Origin: Lama guanicoe | Lineage: Eukaryota | Length of the DNA: 64,000 nucleotides | Direction: 5' to 3' | Assembly: GCA_013239625.1 (NCBI GenBank) | Contig: MU053629.1 | Location: 344,676 to 408,675, forward strand | Shown here: positions 25,106 to 37,781 of the stretch, one piece after another | Layout of the letters: every line of letters starts with the position of its first letter | How positions within the stretch are numbered: the stretch's first letter is position 1 | Notes under the pieces: model-generated | Databases searched by the model: none | Told to the model about the DNA's origin: nothing | Seen by the model: only the letters and a program-made list of their open reading frames with translations | Position numbers and translations under genes: made by a program

Positions 25106-26384
25106 TGTTCCATACGTGATCCACGTGTATTGCCCGTCTCGTGGCGTGTAAGCTCCATGAGAGAAACCATCTCCGGCACTGTGTCCCCAAGTGTCCAGAA
25201 CAACGCCTGGCACATGGTGGATACTCAGCTTTTAATGAGTAATTGACGAGGAGGAAAACTTGCTGGTTACACAGTTAGCCTTCTAGGAGGCAAAGTCAGT
25301 GTTTCCCAGATTGGAGTAAAGGAAGAGAGTAACGTGCAGGTGGAAAAGCGGTGTCTCTTGGGGGCAGATATTTTAGGTCATGTGCTGAGAGTTAGGCGTT
25401 CAAATACTGAAGAATGACGGCCATCCTTGTTAAATGCTTGTTGAGTGGTTGAAGGCACCTGCAGAGGACAGCGCGACAGAGACAAATGGCTCTTGTTTTT
25501 TATCTCTGTAAGAGGGGCACTTAAGCGTCCTGCTTGGTAACTTCTGCTGCTGGTTGAAGATGGGAAGTTCACCCGTCTTAAGTGTTTGTCGTTGACCTCG
25601 GTGCTCTGGTGAATTGTTTTGGTGCATCATTTGTCCCCAGAGTCCACTTGACCACGTGGAGAGCTGTCTCTTTTTCCTCCTACGATGTTGGAGGCCCTAT
25701 CTGAGTGAATTCCTGGATGGATAGGGTGTTCTCTGCTTCCCTCTGCCCTGTTCTCCCAGGCAACCGGCTCCAAACATGGTGTGTTTAAATCAGGACCCCT
25801 CTCTTCTCTTTCTGTTTGCATCCTTCAGGACAGCCCCTTTAGCTACTTGGCATCCGTGTCCAGGACCTAGTTTGATGTAAGCGAAGGTATTTCCTGCATG
25901 TGGCCTGAGGTCGCGCATGGCAAATCTTCCAAGGGGAGTGTGGATTATTCCTGGGTCTGAGAGATTACATCGAGGGCATTTTAAGAGGCTTAATTTTCTC
26001 CTTGAAGGGCTCTCCACTGGGCTCAGCACCTGGCACTCCTGGGCCCTCCCCGAGGGGTTGAAGGAGTTCTTCCTGCTGATAAGATGTCAGCCTCAGGCAG
26101 CCTGAGGTGCGGCCATGGAGCAGTCGGGCCTGGCACATCCTGGAAGAAGAGCAGGGTGATTTGAGAGAAATTTATTTTTATTATCAGTACTTAGTTTTTA
26201 ATAAAGGGACCCTGAAAGGTTCTAGGTCAGCCTCTCCCTTTGACAGAGAAAGAACTCAGTTGCAGAAGGATGAGACTGACTGGGGCCACTTGGTAAAGCT
26301 GGCCCTGGAGTCCACTCTCCTGACCACCCCGGGCACTCCCTCCTTTTCTTGGGATGTTGTGTGGACCCTGACTAATTCATGGTT

Positions 26385-26530
26385 GTGGTTCTAGGCTCTG
26401 GGGACGTGTCAGAATCACCAGGGAAGCTCCCACAACTTGTTGGTTGTGCTGGTTCCCAACCCGACTCACTGACTTGGAATCTCTGAGCGTGGGACCTGGA
26501 CATTGCATGTTTTTTAATAGCTCCCTAGCT
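26385..26530. mobile_element. MER5-family fragment
   Basis: GTGGTTCT...CAGAATCACCAGGGAAGCT...GGAATCTCTGAGCGTGGGACCTGGACATTGCATGTTTTTTAATAGCTCCC. Confidence 0.7.
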
Positions 26531-27312
26531 AAGGAGGCTCGTAGGAGAGGCTGTCCAAGAAAAGCATGTAGGTGGCAGAAGCAGCCAGGGCTTGGGGGCA
26601 GTTGCCCAGTAGGGAAGATGCTTGCTGGCTTTGCACTCTGGGCAGACCCGGCTCCTTCCTGCTGCTGGACAACCAGCTCAGTGGCCCAGTCTTCTCCTCA
26701 CTCTCCCACACTCCCTCCGGTGCTGAATAAGACCCTATAGGGTTGCAGTTTTAATGCATGTTGGAAGGGCTTTATATTTGCTTTGGGGGCATTTTCCCAG
26801 AGTATTTTGAACTACTTAGGTGAGGATGAAAGCTGCAATCAGTTTGAGAAAACTGTCTACTGAGAGCCTTTGTGGGTCCTCTTGATGAGGGTCTCTGGGT
26901 GCCTGCGTGCTGAGGGTGGCTCACCAGCTCTCGGACCCGCTGGAAGCTAGAAGCTGGCCACGGGTGCTGCTCTGACAGAAGGAAAAACGTAGTGTGATTG
27001 GCTGTGCGGGGGAGGGGGGCGTTTTACAGAGTTTTATAAGAATGAAGAATCACCTGCTAGTTCTGGCTGATGAACTTGCTGGGTATGTCGGAGCTCTGAC
27101 TGTGTGATCTGCACGGCAGAGCCAGTGGTGATGCCCTGTCCACCCCCCGAGCTGGCTCTCTCCTGGACCTGACAAGTGGCATATATGCAGTTTAATGATG
27201 GAGATAGTGAGACAAGCCTTGTGGAATCTGAGGCGCATCAGATGCAAATGTCCCTCACAAAAGGAGCAGGAGGCGGGCACTTCCCTCTTGAATCAGAACC
27301 CTGCATAAGGAC

Positions 27313-27711
27313 TGTGTTTGGGCTGCCATGTCACTGAACCACAGACCGGTGGCTTAAACAGCAGGAGTGTGTTGTCTCTGCTCTGGAAGCTACAAGCTCG
27401 AGATGAAGGTGCTGGCGAGAGTTGGTTGCTACTGAGAGCGGTGGGAAGCGTCTGTCCCAAGCCTCTCTCCTCGGCTTGGAGACAGCCATCTTCTCTGTGT
27501 GCGTGTCTGTTTCTGTGTCCAGACTTTCCCTTTTTATAAGGACACCAGTCACGAGAGATTAGGGAGGTAGGGCCCCCCCCCCGATGTTTTCATTTGAACT
27601 TGATTACTTCTGTGAAGACCCTACTTCCAAATAACGTCACATTCTCAGGAACTGGGGAATTTGGACTCCAACGTATCTTTTTTTTGAGGGGACACGGCTC
27701 AAGGCGTGACA
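27313..27711 (-). mobile_element. MLT1 (ERVL-MaLR) solo LTR
   Basis: GGGCTGCCAT...CCACAGACCGGTGGCTTAAACAGCAG...TTATAAGGACACCAGTCA...CTGTGAAGACCCTACTTCCAAATAACGTCACATTCTCAGG...GGGGACAC. Confidence 0.9.
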
Positions 27712-27997
27712 CAGATTGTCAGACTGACTTGTTTCTCAGAATGTGAATCTGACGTGGAGTGCTTGTCTCTGGGCTAAGTCAGTAATGGTTGGGGAATTCT
27801 GCACCTGCCAGTTTCACTGATCTGTACTTGGGACTTTGTGTTCCACTAAGGTCTTGCATTTATCTTTTGCTATGGCAGGCAGGTATTATTTCTGCTTTGA
27901 GGAAATTGATGTGTACCAAGGTGTTCGCACTAAATACTGGGTAAGTTTGATTCAGGCTCAGATCTTCTCCTCCGGAATATAGATTTCTTCCATAACA

Positions 27998-29107
27998 CTG
28001 GTGATTTCCCAAGTCTTGATATGCATAAGAATCTCCTGGGAGACTCGTTAAAAAATACAGATTTAGGAGACTTTCTGGAATAGAGCTGAGTTTGCAACCA
28101 AGGAATCTGTATTTTTGTTGTTCCCCTGAATATTTTAACGCACCCCAACATGTGAGAATGAATGCTTGCTACCGTGGACTTAATATTTTGGGAAGGGAAT
28201 CCCACCAATACCACCAAGTTCCCGTTTGGTTTTCTGTTGTCTGGCTTGCATGGGAGCCATCATGGAAAGGTGTTCACTGGACTCGGGGTGCTCTGAGCCC
28301 GAGAGCATCTTAGACAGTGGTACCCCTGCCACCATACTAATGGGGAGGGTCTTCGACTGCCAGGCTGGGCTCATTGTCCCTCAGCTAATGGAAAATAAAT
28401 CTGGCTTGAACTTTCTGTGCTGTAGAGATGCACCTTGCATCACAGTGGGGAGCAGGCGGGCAATACATTGAGACAGTATGTTAACAAATGAACATTGCAT
28501 GCTTTATCAAAGCAAAAATAGAACTGGCAAGAGGACAAGGGAAAAAATGTGATTATTAAGTATTTATTGTTGTAAAATGTATCTGCATGAACTAGGGGCA
28601 TGTGCCCAGGGCAGAAGAATTGCCTAGAGAAAATTCTGAAACAAGGATTCCTAGGCTCCACTCCCAGAGATTGTCTTTTTAAGGTGGGACTCAAAAATTC
28701 TGAGCTGCCGGTCTGGGTACCACCCTGAGAACTGGCAACTGAACACTGATGAGAGATCGTCACTGTGTATTTCATTTGTTGATACTGCAATGACAATCTT
28801 TCCGAAGAACGAAAACCTTTCTAATCCTTGGCCATTAGCCTATAGATTATAACTCAGACTCAGGATACATGTCCAGGTTATTTCACTGTCTTGACTTATT
28901 TTTAGTAATTATATAACAAAACACATGCTCTCTTAGGAGGGCTGCGTTTCCTAGAGGGTGGTCCTTAGGTCAGAACTAGCAGAATTACCCAGGAATATGC
29001 TGCCCAGTCCCCAGATACTCTGATTTGGTAGGTCTGTGTGGGGTCCAAGAAGGTGCAGTGTTCTTAACAAGAAGTTTGTTAGGTATAATGAGGTTTGAGT
29101 GCCACTG
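27998..29107. mobile_element. Cluster of three MER5-family MITEs (~27998-28166, ~28600-28740, ~28950-29107) plus a MIR fragment
   Basis: Repeated motifs AGAATCTCCTGGGAG, CTCCACTCCCAGAGATT and CCCCAGATACTCTGATTTGGTAGGTCTG...GGTTTGAGTGCCACTG. Confidence 0.65.
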
Positions 29108-29779
29108 AGCTAGAACTTGGAAATCAGTTGTTTGTTTACCAGAAGCCAGCCACAGAGTAAGGTTAGAAACATTGTTGGATTAATTGTTTCCATTTTCCTG
29201 CTTGTAATGCTGTTTGTAGCCTGAAGTTCCAGGACCTTGTTCTGCAGCACAGATGTATTTTTAATAGATGGTTAGCGTTCTATTTGAGTAATCATCCCCC
29301 GCCCCCAACCCTTTGTACGTAAGCTCATGCAATTCATTTTAAGATATGTCTTTAAACAAAAGTTATGTTCCTTGTCCAGGTAAATTTCTTTGGAGCATTG
29401 ATAGTAATGTGAGATTTATTAGAGTTTTTTGGAATTAATTCAAGGAAGCTTTGTGGTTTTCAACTGCGCAAGTGGTTAAGGATGACCTTTGGTAGGAATA
29501 TGTTTGGGCTCTGTGTGGATTTTTTTTTTTTAAAGTTGGTAAATGCTTTCATATGAGAGGGAGCAGGGTCAAGAGGAGGGACTCTCCCATTAGTTCAGTT
29601 GCATTGACCAATACTCTGCTTCTTGCCTTGCAGATGTTTCTGCAGATTGATCCCTGCCCCAAACCCCCATCCCCGGAGACAAGATTTTCAGTTCTAGGTT
29701 CTTTCTTCTGGAAGAACGGGAACCTTCATTTTTAGAAAGAGGAGCTAGAATTAATTTTGTGTCATTGGGCCATATGAGC

Positions 29780-30030
29780 CCTCACGTTACGTCACTTTAT
29801 GTAACATATTCTTGAAAAGCTAGAGATAATCTATTTTTAACACTGCAGCAGGAACTGCGTGTTTGTCAAAATCGATAGAACTATATACTTGAAGAGGGTG
29901 AAATTTACTGTACGTAGTCGTACATAAGTAACCCTGACTCACAAAGTGTGTCAGGGGAACTTGTCACTTTAGCCACCCTTTCTGTGAATTAGTTTTCAAA
30001 TTAAAGATTTCGTTTGTGATGCAAATGACT
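29780..30030. promoter_or_regulatory. Candidate intronic enhancer (bZIP and SOX-OCT motif cluster)
   Basis: TTACGTCA 29787, TTATGTAA 29797, TGACTCA 29935, GTTTGTGATGCAAAT 30012-30026; CpGs retained locally. Confidence 0.35.
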
Positions 30031-30868
30031 CCCCTAGGTCCCTCTTTGTTCCATGAGTGTTTGAAAACTTGTTCTATGCGCTTGATCTCCGCTGGTGCTG
30101 GTGGGGATGTGGGATCGGCACAGGGCTGGTGAGGGATGGCACTGGCCCCTCACCTCTTCCTCTTGGTCATGCTCATTGTAGCGCCACATCTGCTCACCAT
30201 GGGAGTTCACAGAGGTTTGGGGGATGAATTAGATCATCGTGTTGATGCAGAGACTGAGGTCCTGAGCGGCCAAGTGGCTGTCCAGATGTGAGGGCCGCAT
30301 GGCCGAAGTGGGGGATGATAAATGTAAAGCTGACTGTGCAAGCTTCTGGGCACATGGTAATGAGCTATGATTTGTTAGGGTGGGTGAATTGATATGTGTG
30401 TGTGTTCTCCTCTGTACTGCGTTGGCTCTTGTAGGCAACCTCAGGATGGGAGTCTGATATGTTTATTTTTTTTTTCCTCTGTTTTGGATCATCTTAAGAG
30501 CAATGGGGAGATAGACTGGAGGGCTGTGTTGGCTGGTTTTGCTCTTTGACTGATGAGGTTGAGGTGGGAGCAGTGCTTTCTAGCCGAGGAGCTGGCTTAT
30601 GATCAAAAGGACGCTGAGATAGTGGCACCCCCAGTCCTTCCTCAGCCCCCCGGGGCTCGGGCCAGACAAAGATGGTCATTTTCCAAGTGTTCCAGGACTT
30701 GGAAAAGTTTGGGAGAGCCCTCAGCTGTCTGAATGTGCTCTACAGGGTCCCCTGGAAGCAGGAGCTAGGTTACTAGGTTTTAAATTAATAGAAGAGAACA
30801 ACGTAAAGGAATCCAGGGCTGCCACAGACTGTGTAAGAGCATTAATGAGAGATGTGGATAAACTAGAC

Positions 30869-31340
30869 CAGGGTTCCCACACTTCTCTGATACGGAGACT
30901 CACCTGAGTACTTGCTAAACTGACAGCTCCCAGGCCTGCCCTGGTCTGGGTTGGTGCTCTAGAACCTGTGCCTCTAAAAGTTACCCCATGTGATTCTCAC
31001 CGGGGCTATTTGAGAAACACTGGATGAGGTCATACATCTCTTTGTCCTTCCTCACTCTTGGAAGCTGGTCCATGCATCAGCAACTTCACCTGGAAAACTC
31101 CCTGGAACTGCAGGGCTCCATCCACACCTGCTAACTCCAAATCAGCATTTCAGTAAGATCCTGAGGTGAGTGTGTACACGTGGTTAATTTGGGGCAGGGT
31201 TTGCCTGGAGGGCAGGGACCCCTGTCAGCATTTTACAGCAGAGAGTTGGAGGTCACAAGGTCTGCTCATCTCTTCTGAGGAACCACTGGACGAGCTGCTA
31301 GGCCGGAGATTTGAACTCAGGTTTCTGACTCCAAATGGAG
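30869..31340. mobile_element. Two MER5-like fragments followed by an antisense MIR fragment
   Basis: CAGGGTTCCCAC...TTTGAGAAACACTG; CATTTCAGTAAGATCC; CATTTTACAGCAGAGAG...GATTTGAACTCAGGTTTCTGACTCCAAA. Confidence 0.6.
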
Positions 31341-33347
31341 TGCTCCTCACACATCCTCTTGAATGTGGTTCCTACTGACTCTTAGGGTCTGCCTCTCACC
31401 TGATGTCAGGACCCTCCCCAGCCTATTAATATTGCACCTGGGAAGAATGATGCCTGGAGACAGGAGAGCACTGCTGGGACCACTAGGTGTGCCGTTCTTG
31501 GCATCCATTAACCCTATCAGGACACCTTCTCACCGTCCCTGGGAGAAGACAAAGGTCCAAATGTGAAAGTTCTTGGAGACCTGCAGAAGTTTGTACAATA
31601 CAGACGGTGGGGCCCTGAAAAGGTGGTTTTATCTCCATCCAAGGACAAGACCGATGGGTTGCAGTTTTTTCTAATGCTCCTCCAGACTCTTAAATCCTTC
31701 TCCTCCCAGCACAATGTCAGAGAAAATACCCTGCGAGGCACTTGCCAAATGGCTTGAACTACGCGTCCATGCACATTTCCAAAAAGACAATTAGAAGCTT
31801 ATTTGATGAACTAAAGGCCTGCTGTGCTAGACATTAGTCGGAGAGAGCTGAGTGCCAATTTGGGAAGCTTTCCCTGGGGCTCTTTCTCTTCACAGCTCCC
31901 CCTTGGAGAAGCTGAACTGGGGAGGTGGAGAGGCCCCCCTCCAGGCTCCGGAGAAGGGAAGGTGAGGAGGAGGAGGAGGGACAGAGGGGGTGACGTGCCC
32001 CAGAGAGAAAGGAACGGTGGTGTGTCTCCTCCCAGGAGAACTGGAACCTTTGCAGATAAAATCAAGCGGAAAAGTGAAAGTCATTACAAATTCATCAACA
32101 TTTGAATCACATTACCAGTTAGCACTGGTTGTGTGACCTGGAAGACTCTTTAGGAAGCTGAGCCCTAGGGAGGTCATGGACCCTGCCCAAAGTCATGCAT
32201 GGGGCTAGTGGTAAAGCGTAGGTCAGAGTCCAGGGATTCTGTCTGTGCTTTGTCCCTGTGCTCTGCTGCCTTCCCTATGGGAGGGAAGATGCTAAGAATG
32301 TGAAATTTTACAATGATTGGATCCAGATGTGCTGGCGCTACACCCCCTTTAAAGCTAACATAGTGGGTTTTTTTTTAATAGAGTATTTTAATCGGCTAGT
32401 TTCATTTGCTAGTCTACCTTATGCATTCAGCAGGAAAGAAAAACCCGAGTCAGTGAATATCTCTGTTGTTGGGGATGTGACACTGGGCTGTTTCCTTTGG
32501 CTTGAGGCACCAGATCAAGTGACCTAAGGCACAAGGGACAGGGAAAACCTCTGCACTGGCTGTGGGCAGAATGCTTGTGTTCAGGGTTGGAGTGTGGATT
32601 TATGTGCTCTTCCCAAGGACAAGGACAGTTGCATATTACATTTAAAAAATTAAATCGTGGGAAGACTAAAACTTTATGATGACTTTTGTAGCTTGAGTTA
32701 AGGGACCCTAAAGGGCTCCAGTGCAGAGGCATGGGGAGGATGGGGCCGTTTCTGTGATGCCTCATTGCTCGTGTGGAAAATCTGAAGCCTATAATGTTAT
32801 GCCACATGGCTTAGCAATAGATAACACATTGCTTTGGTTAAAAATAGTTTAATGTGTGTGCCCATTTCATTCTGTCCACTAGATTGACTTCTGAGGGCAT
32901 CCAAACCCTTCTTTTGTCCAGTGGTCTAGGGGCATGTTGTTAAGTGATTAGAACGTCCGGCTGCAGAGGTCAGAGGAGGTAGATGCCTTGGGGAACTTGG
33001 ACTTGAGCTAGAGGCCAAGTGCACTGAATTTTGGTGTCCTCCCATGTGGTGTTGGCTGTGTTAGCCAGGCCGTTACAACCTCTTCTCAATCGCATGTCAC
33101 ACTGGTTGAACTCAATGAAGTATTAACAAAAATGTGTAATTTGCGGAGAAATTAAATTCTTTTAGATTATAACGGAAGCAAGCAGTCAGCAGTGCCAGAG
33201 GGTTTGATTTCAGTGGTAGTATACCAGTCTTCCAGGGGAACTGGGGTTGAGATCCTTGCGGTGTGGCCTTGCTGCTAGGTCAGTCCGGAAAGAAGCCAGC
33301 CAGGTTCTGGCTCTGTCATTCAAATGGTGACTGAGGTGCTGTGCTCA

Positions 33348-33524
33348 GCAGGGCTGCTCAAAGAGTGCTCCTGGGACCAGGAGCCTCAGTCATCACCTGG
33401 GAACTTTTAGAGAGACAGAGTGCCCCAACGCTCCCCCCATCTACTGAATCATAACACTGGAGCTGGGGCCCAGGAACCTGTGTTCGTACAAGTTCTGATG
33501 CACACCAAGGTTTGAGAACCACTC
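33348..33524. mobile_element. MER5A-like MITE
   Basis: CAGGGCTGCTCAAAG...CATCACCTGGGAACTT...CTACTGAATCA...GGGGCCCAGGAACCTGTGTT...AGGTTTGAGAACCACT. Confidence 0.85.
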
Positions 33525-34552
33525 CTGGACAGTTCTTAAGCAGCAAAATCTGTTTGGGTGTGCAGTCTGGTGGGTTATTTCCCGAGGCATTCACACTGGG
33601 ATGGGTTCCTGTTCTGGTAACCCATGGGGTAAATACAGCTAGATTTCTATTAGTGCTCAGTAATATTAAACGACAGCCTGGCTTTCTGGATGGATAGGTG
33701 AGTCTGGCTCGCTTCAGACTGGGCTCTGCAAAAAGCATGCTCTGGGTGTGACCGGAGGAATCCATTTCAGAACATTTGCTCTCAAGGATGCCTTTGACAG
33801 CGTTCCTATTGGGGATAGACAGAGATGGACTGGTCTCAGGGAGGAAAGGATGGGAGAGGTCCTGAAACTGGCTGATAGCCTTGGAGAGAGACAGGTTTCC
33901 GCCGAGGAAACATCACAGCAAGTGCCAGGGCTAAGACGAGGATGTTTTTCACCTGTGTTCTACTGGCTGTGTGATAGCAAAAATGTTTGATGAGCATTCT
34001 TCTCCTGAAAGGACCTTTTCATTTTAACGGTTGAAACAGAGTGCTCTGTTTGAGAAACATTTCCTGGTGGAACAAATGTTTCCAACGGAAACAAACTGAA
34101 TGTGGAGATAGTATTGACTTGGAGGGAAACAGAGGAGAGTTAAAGGTCTCCCTTTATTCATTCACACCTTGCTCTGTGCTGGAGGATTCCTGCTCTGATG
34201 GGGTTACCCTGAGGAAGGGGTGGCTGTAAGTCTTTCCTGGCAGAGGGCACAGTCTGTCCTAAGGGCTGGAGCCAGCCGGCTCAGGGGCTCTGGCACCCTG
34301 TCTGGAATCTGTGGTCCTTGGGGTGCATGGGGGCTGAGCTAAGAGACTGTCCCGAAGCTACATGCAGAGGACCAAGTTCTGTCTTTTCTTTTAGGATTTC
34401 TGAGTGGGCTGTCGGGATGCCCCTCCCTGTGGGGGTGATGGTTAATCACATCATAAAACCGCAATTGTACCCCATTTTAGTTTAAGATAACTAAAATGAA
34501 AAATAAACATAACTTCCAGGAGGTCAGATCTGGGTGGAGGTTGGAGTGATTC

Positions 34553-35091
34553 TGCGGAAATATAATTAAAAGCAAAATCTCCTCCCAACCCAGAATGCCT
34601 CTACACCAAGATAGAAGAGAAAGAAAACAATTTTGTTACTGAATCAGCATTAAACCAGAATGTGATGCACATCACAGGCAGCCTGCTGCAAGGGTTGCAA
34701 AGCTAGAGACTGCGAAAGTGGAAAGAAATCCTGCTTTTCTACATAGCTAGGTGGATACAGTGCGTTACAGTCACGTCTTTCTGATAAAATTGCTAAATTT
34801 GTCATATCTTTACCCCTAGAGGTGGGGTTGCAGTTTGGAGTCTGGTAACTACTAATGTTAGGGCCACTTCCTCCCAGGAAACTGGGAGATGGAGCTTTAT
34901 CTTCCGTGATGATTACATTTCAAAGAGCTAGCTCTCAGGCCCTTGTGAGAGAGGCTTATGTAGCATTTGGCCTGATGGGAGCAGCCCTACCCCTTTGCCC
35001 TGGTGAGGGGTACTTAAGGACCCTGGAATCAGGGCTCTCCCTTAGTTCACGGGGTTTCCTCGCTTCCCGTGTAGACATTTAACCTTAGACA
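34553..35091 (-). mobile_element. ERV1-class solo LTR (MER34/MER67-group-like, subfamily unresolved)
   Basis: AAAATCTCCTCCCAACCCAGAA...AGCATTAAACCAGAATGTGATGCACATCACAGGCA...GAAACTGGGAGAT...TTACATTTCAAAGAG; plausible TG...CA ends. Confidence 0.65.
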
Positions 35092-35442
35092 ATTACCTCT
35101 TCTCTCTGGCCTTAGGATCCTCATCTGAAAAAAGGGTTTGGACTACGATTCTGTGATCCCATGACTTGGAGACTCTGCTTCCTTTCTGTTCCCCAAGCTG
35201 CCATTTTTTCTCTCCCCCAAGCCCAGAACATCTGGCCAGGCATCTGTTGCAGCCTGGCTCAGAAATTTCACCAGTCCATGCATTTGTGCAGATCACTGAG
35301 TTACAATCCAGCTTTTGGAGCTCAAGGTGAGGAGTGCTTGGAGATGGCATCAGGCCTAGGGTCACTCCGTATCCAAGCTGCCTCCTTCTCCCCCAAAGCA
35401 GGAAGGTCTCGGGGTATGGTTCTGCATCTGACAGTCTGATTT

Positions 35443-36010
35443 TGTTACTGAACCAAACTTGGGTCTGCTCGCCAGATGCACCTTAAAGCCAATCTACTGA
35501 TACCCAGTTGTGGTGAAGGAAAGTACAACATTTATTGCAGGGTGCCAAGCAAGGAGAACAGGCAGCTTGTGCCCAAAAGACCTGAACTCCGCTGTGCCTT
35601 TTAGGTCAGAGTTTTTAAAGGTAACTTTAGAGGTGAGGGTTGCAGGGTACGTGATCAGCTCTTCTGATTGGTTGGTGGTGAGGTAACGGTGACGTTTCGG
35701 TAATGTCATTCATCCACCTCTGGTTCCAACTAGTCTAGGGTTTAGTGCTTTTGCTCCCCATCCTCCACCTGAGTGGGGGTCTTAGTTTCTGCACAACAAC
35801 TCAAAGATATGCATTCGATTGTCATCTATCTTCCCTCAGGAGGAGTCCTGTGACCCTCTTACCCTAATCATTAACTGCTTGAGCCTGCTCTTTGGAACTT
35901 TAACCTTTGGAGGAGGGCCTGGGAGACTAAAGCCCCTTTTTTATTACAAGCAAGGGACACGGAGGGGCTTTTGTACCTGGGAAGGCCCTGGAGGGTCCTG
36001 CTCGGTTTTA
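35443..36010 (-). mobile_element. ERV1-class solo LTR (ungulate type)
   Basis: Begins TGTTACTGAACC (reverse complement of the LTR 3' end), has antisense polyA signal TTTATTGCAGG, ends GGGTCCTGCTCGGTTTTA; related to the LTR at ~60.6-61.1 kb. Confidence 0.75.
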
Positions 36011-37227
36011 GTCTTTGCTCTTTGTTTCTGGCTCACCTGCCTTTATAAATTAATCAAAATAACTTACTTTGCCCCCCACCCCGATTTGCTTCTTTTGATA
36101 CCTCCAATCAGAATGAGGAAAAATCTTTGTTTCTTCATCAACTTCATTTCTGGGCCTACTCTAGAGGAAGAAGTAGGCTTTGTATGCCTCTTAGACCAAG
36201 CGTGTTATGCTTCCTCTAATGCCCAAAGAAGCCTAGAGAATTGCTTTACCTTGGCCTTATTAAGGCTTTGCCAAGCAACTTTGAGTTCAATGGCAGCGTT
36301 CATGTACAGAAGTTTCCTCCCAGATCTTGCTTCAATTACCTGATCATCCTTCAATGGCTGGGTCAGAAAATTGCTTTCCCTGCCTGATTCACGCCTCCTG
36401 TGGGAACCTGAGACTTGGCACGTGGGTTCTGCAAGAACTGAATCCAGTCTGGATGGAGGTTTGTGAAGTCAGAGCACAGAAAATCTTCCAAGGGCCCCAA
36501 GCCCTCGTGGTAGGAATTGAGCACCTGACTCTTGGCCACAACAGTGCCAGTGGCCCAGGGGACAGTGAGGTGGCACCACTGGAAGATGATGTATTTAGTG
36601 GGACAAAAATGTAAAAACTAGGATTTTCAGGCCTTTGGCTCCCTTTTCCCCTTCTGGTTCCCCTTCCTTCCCATCCATATGGGTTTTCAGACGAGTGGTG
36701 ACCTGCATTCTGGCCTGTCTTGGATTCTACATGGTATTAAGGACAGAAAGGACACTGCATGCCTTCCCTAACCCCCCATCCTTGGATCTTACGATGTGGC
36801 CTGGGGAGAAAGAGGGTCTGTTTGGGAAGTTGTGGGCCCTTGGGCAAGTGCCCTTACTGGGGCCAATCTCAAATTCCTCATCTGTTAAATCCACTTAATG
36901 ATATGTCACCCATGAGCTGGTAGGGACCAGACGGGCCAGTGGCTTTTCTGTGCTCAGTGTGGCGCTTGGCTCCTAGCCGGTGCTCTGAGAATCTGCTTCT
37001 GCTCCCTTTGTCTCTCCTGGTTGTACCTGTCAGACTCCCACTCATCCTTAAGGAAGGATGCTCCGTGGATACATTGTTCTAGAATCAAAAAGCCCTTCAG
37101 TTACTCACCACAACACACCACACCAACTCCCTCATGCTTTTTCCCATGGAGCAGCCCTCATTCCTTCTGATGACTGAGAAAAGGAAGTTTTCAGGATGGA
37201 GTAACTTGGGAAGAAGACCCTTTAGAC

Positions 37228-37747
37228 CTGTCCTGAGTGATTACAGTAGCCACTGGCCACATCTGGCTGTGGGACATTTGAAATGTGGCCAGTGAGACTG
37301 AGAAACAGGATTTCTGGTTCTATTTAATTCATTGAAATTTAAATTAAAAACCATGTTCTCAATTTGGCTATAGGAAAACTTTTAAGCGCGTTTGGAATAA
37401 CTTGTATATGTGAATCAGCCTTTTCAGCTGTAAATGTTAGGAAATTCATATAGAGATCACACATTTCTGATGAAGATTTAGCATCCAAATTGAGAAGTGT
37501 ACAATAAGTGTAAAATGCACACCAGATTTCAAAGACTTGGTATAAAAAAAAGAATGTAAAGTATCTCATTAATGACTTTTATATTGATTTTTTTTGTTGA
37601 AATGATAGTATTTTGGATATATTGGATTAAATAAAATATATGACTAAAAGCAAGTTCACCTGTTTGTTTTTACTTTTTAAAACGTGGCTACTAGAAAACT
37701 TTAAATTACGTATATGACTTGAATTATATTTCTATTGGGGTGCACTG
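37228..37747. mobile_element. Charlie1b-like hAT element, apparently full length (~520 bp)
   Basis: GTAGCCACTGGCCACATCTGGCT...TGAAATGTGGCCAGTG...GTGTAAAATGCACACCAGATTTCAAAGACTT...GTGGCTACTAGAAAA; 8-bp TSD CTTTAGAC / CCTTAGAC. Confidence 0.9.
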
Positions 37748-37781
37748 CCTTAGACCTTGACGTATCAGAAATGGGCTTGAA

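Noticed and set aside
35819..36343. 174-aa ORF, and similar ORFs such as 2361-2936, 44612-45031 and 45352-45765
   Set aside because: They cross LTR or simple-repeat boundaries, mostly start at non-ATG codons and have no protein-like composition.
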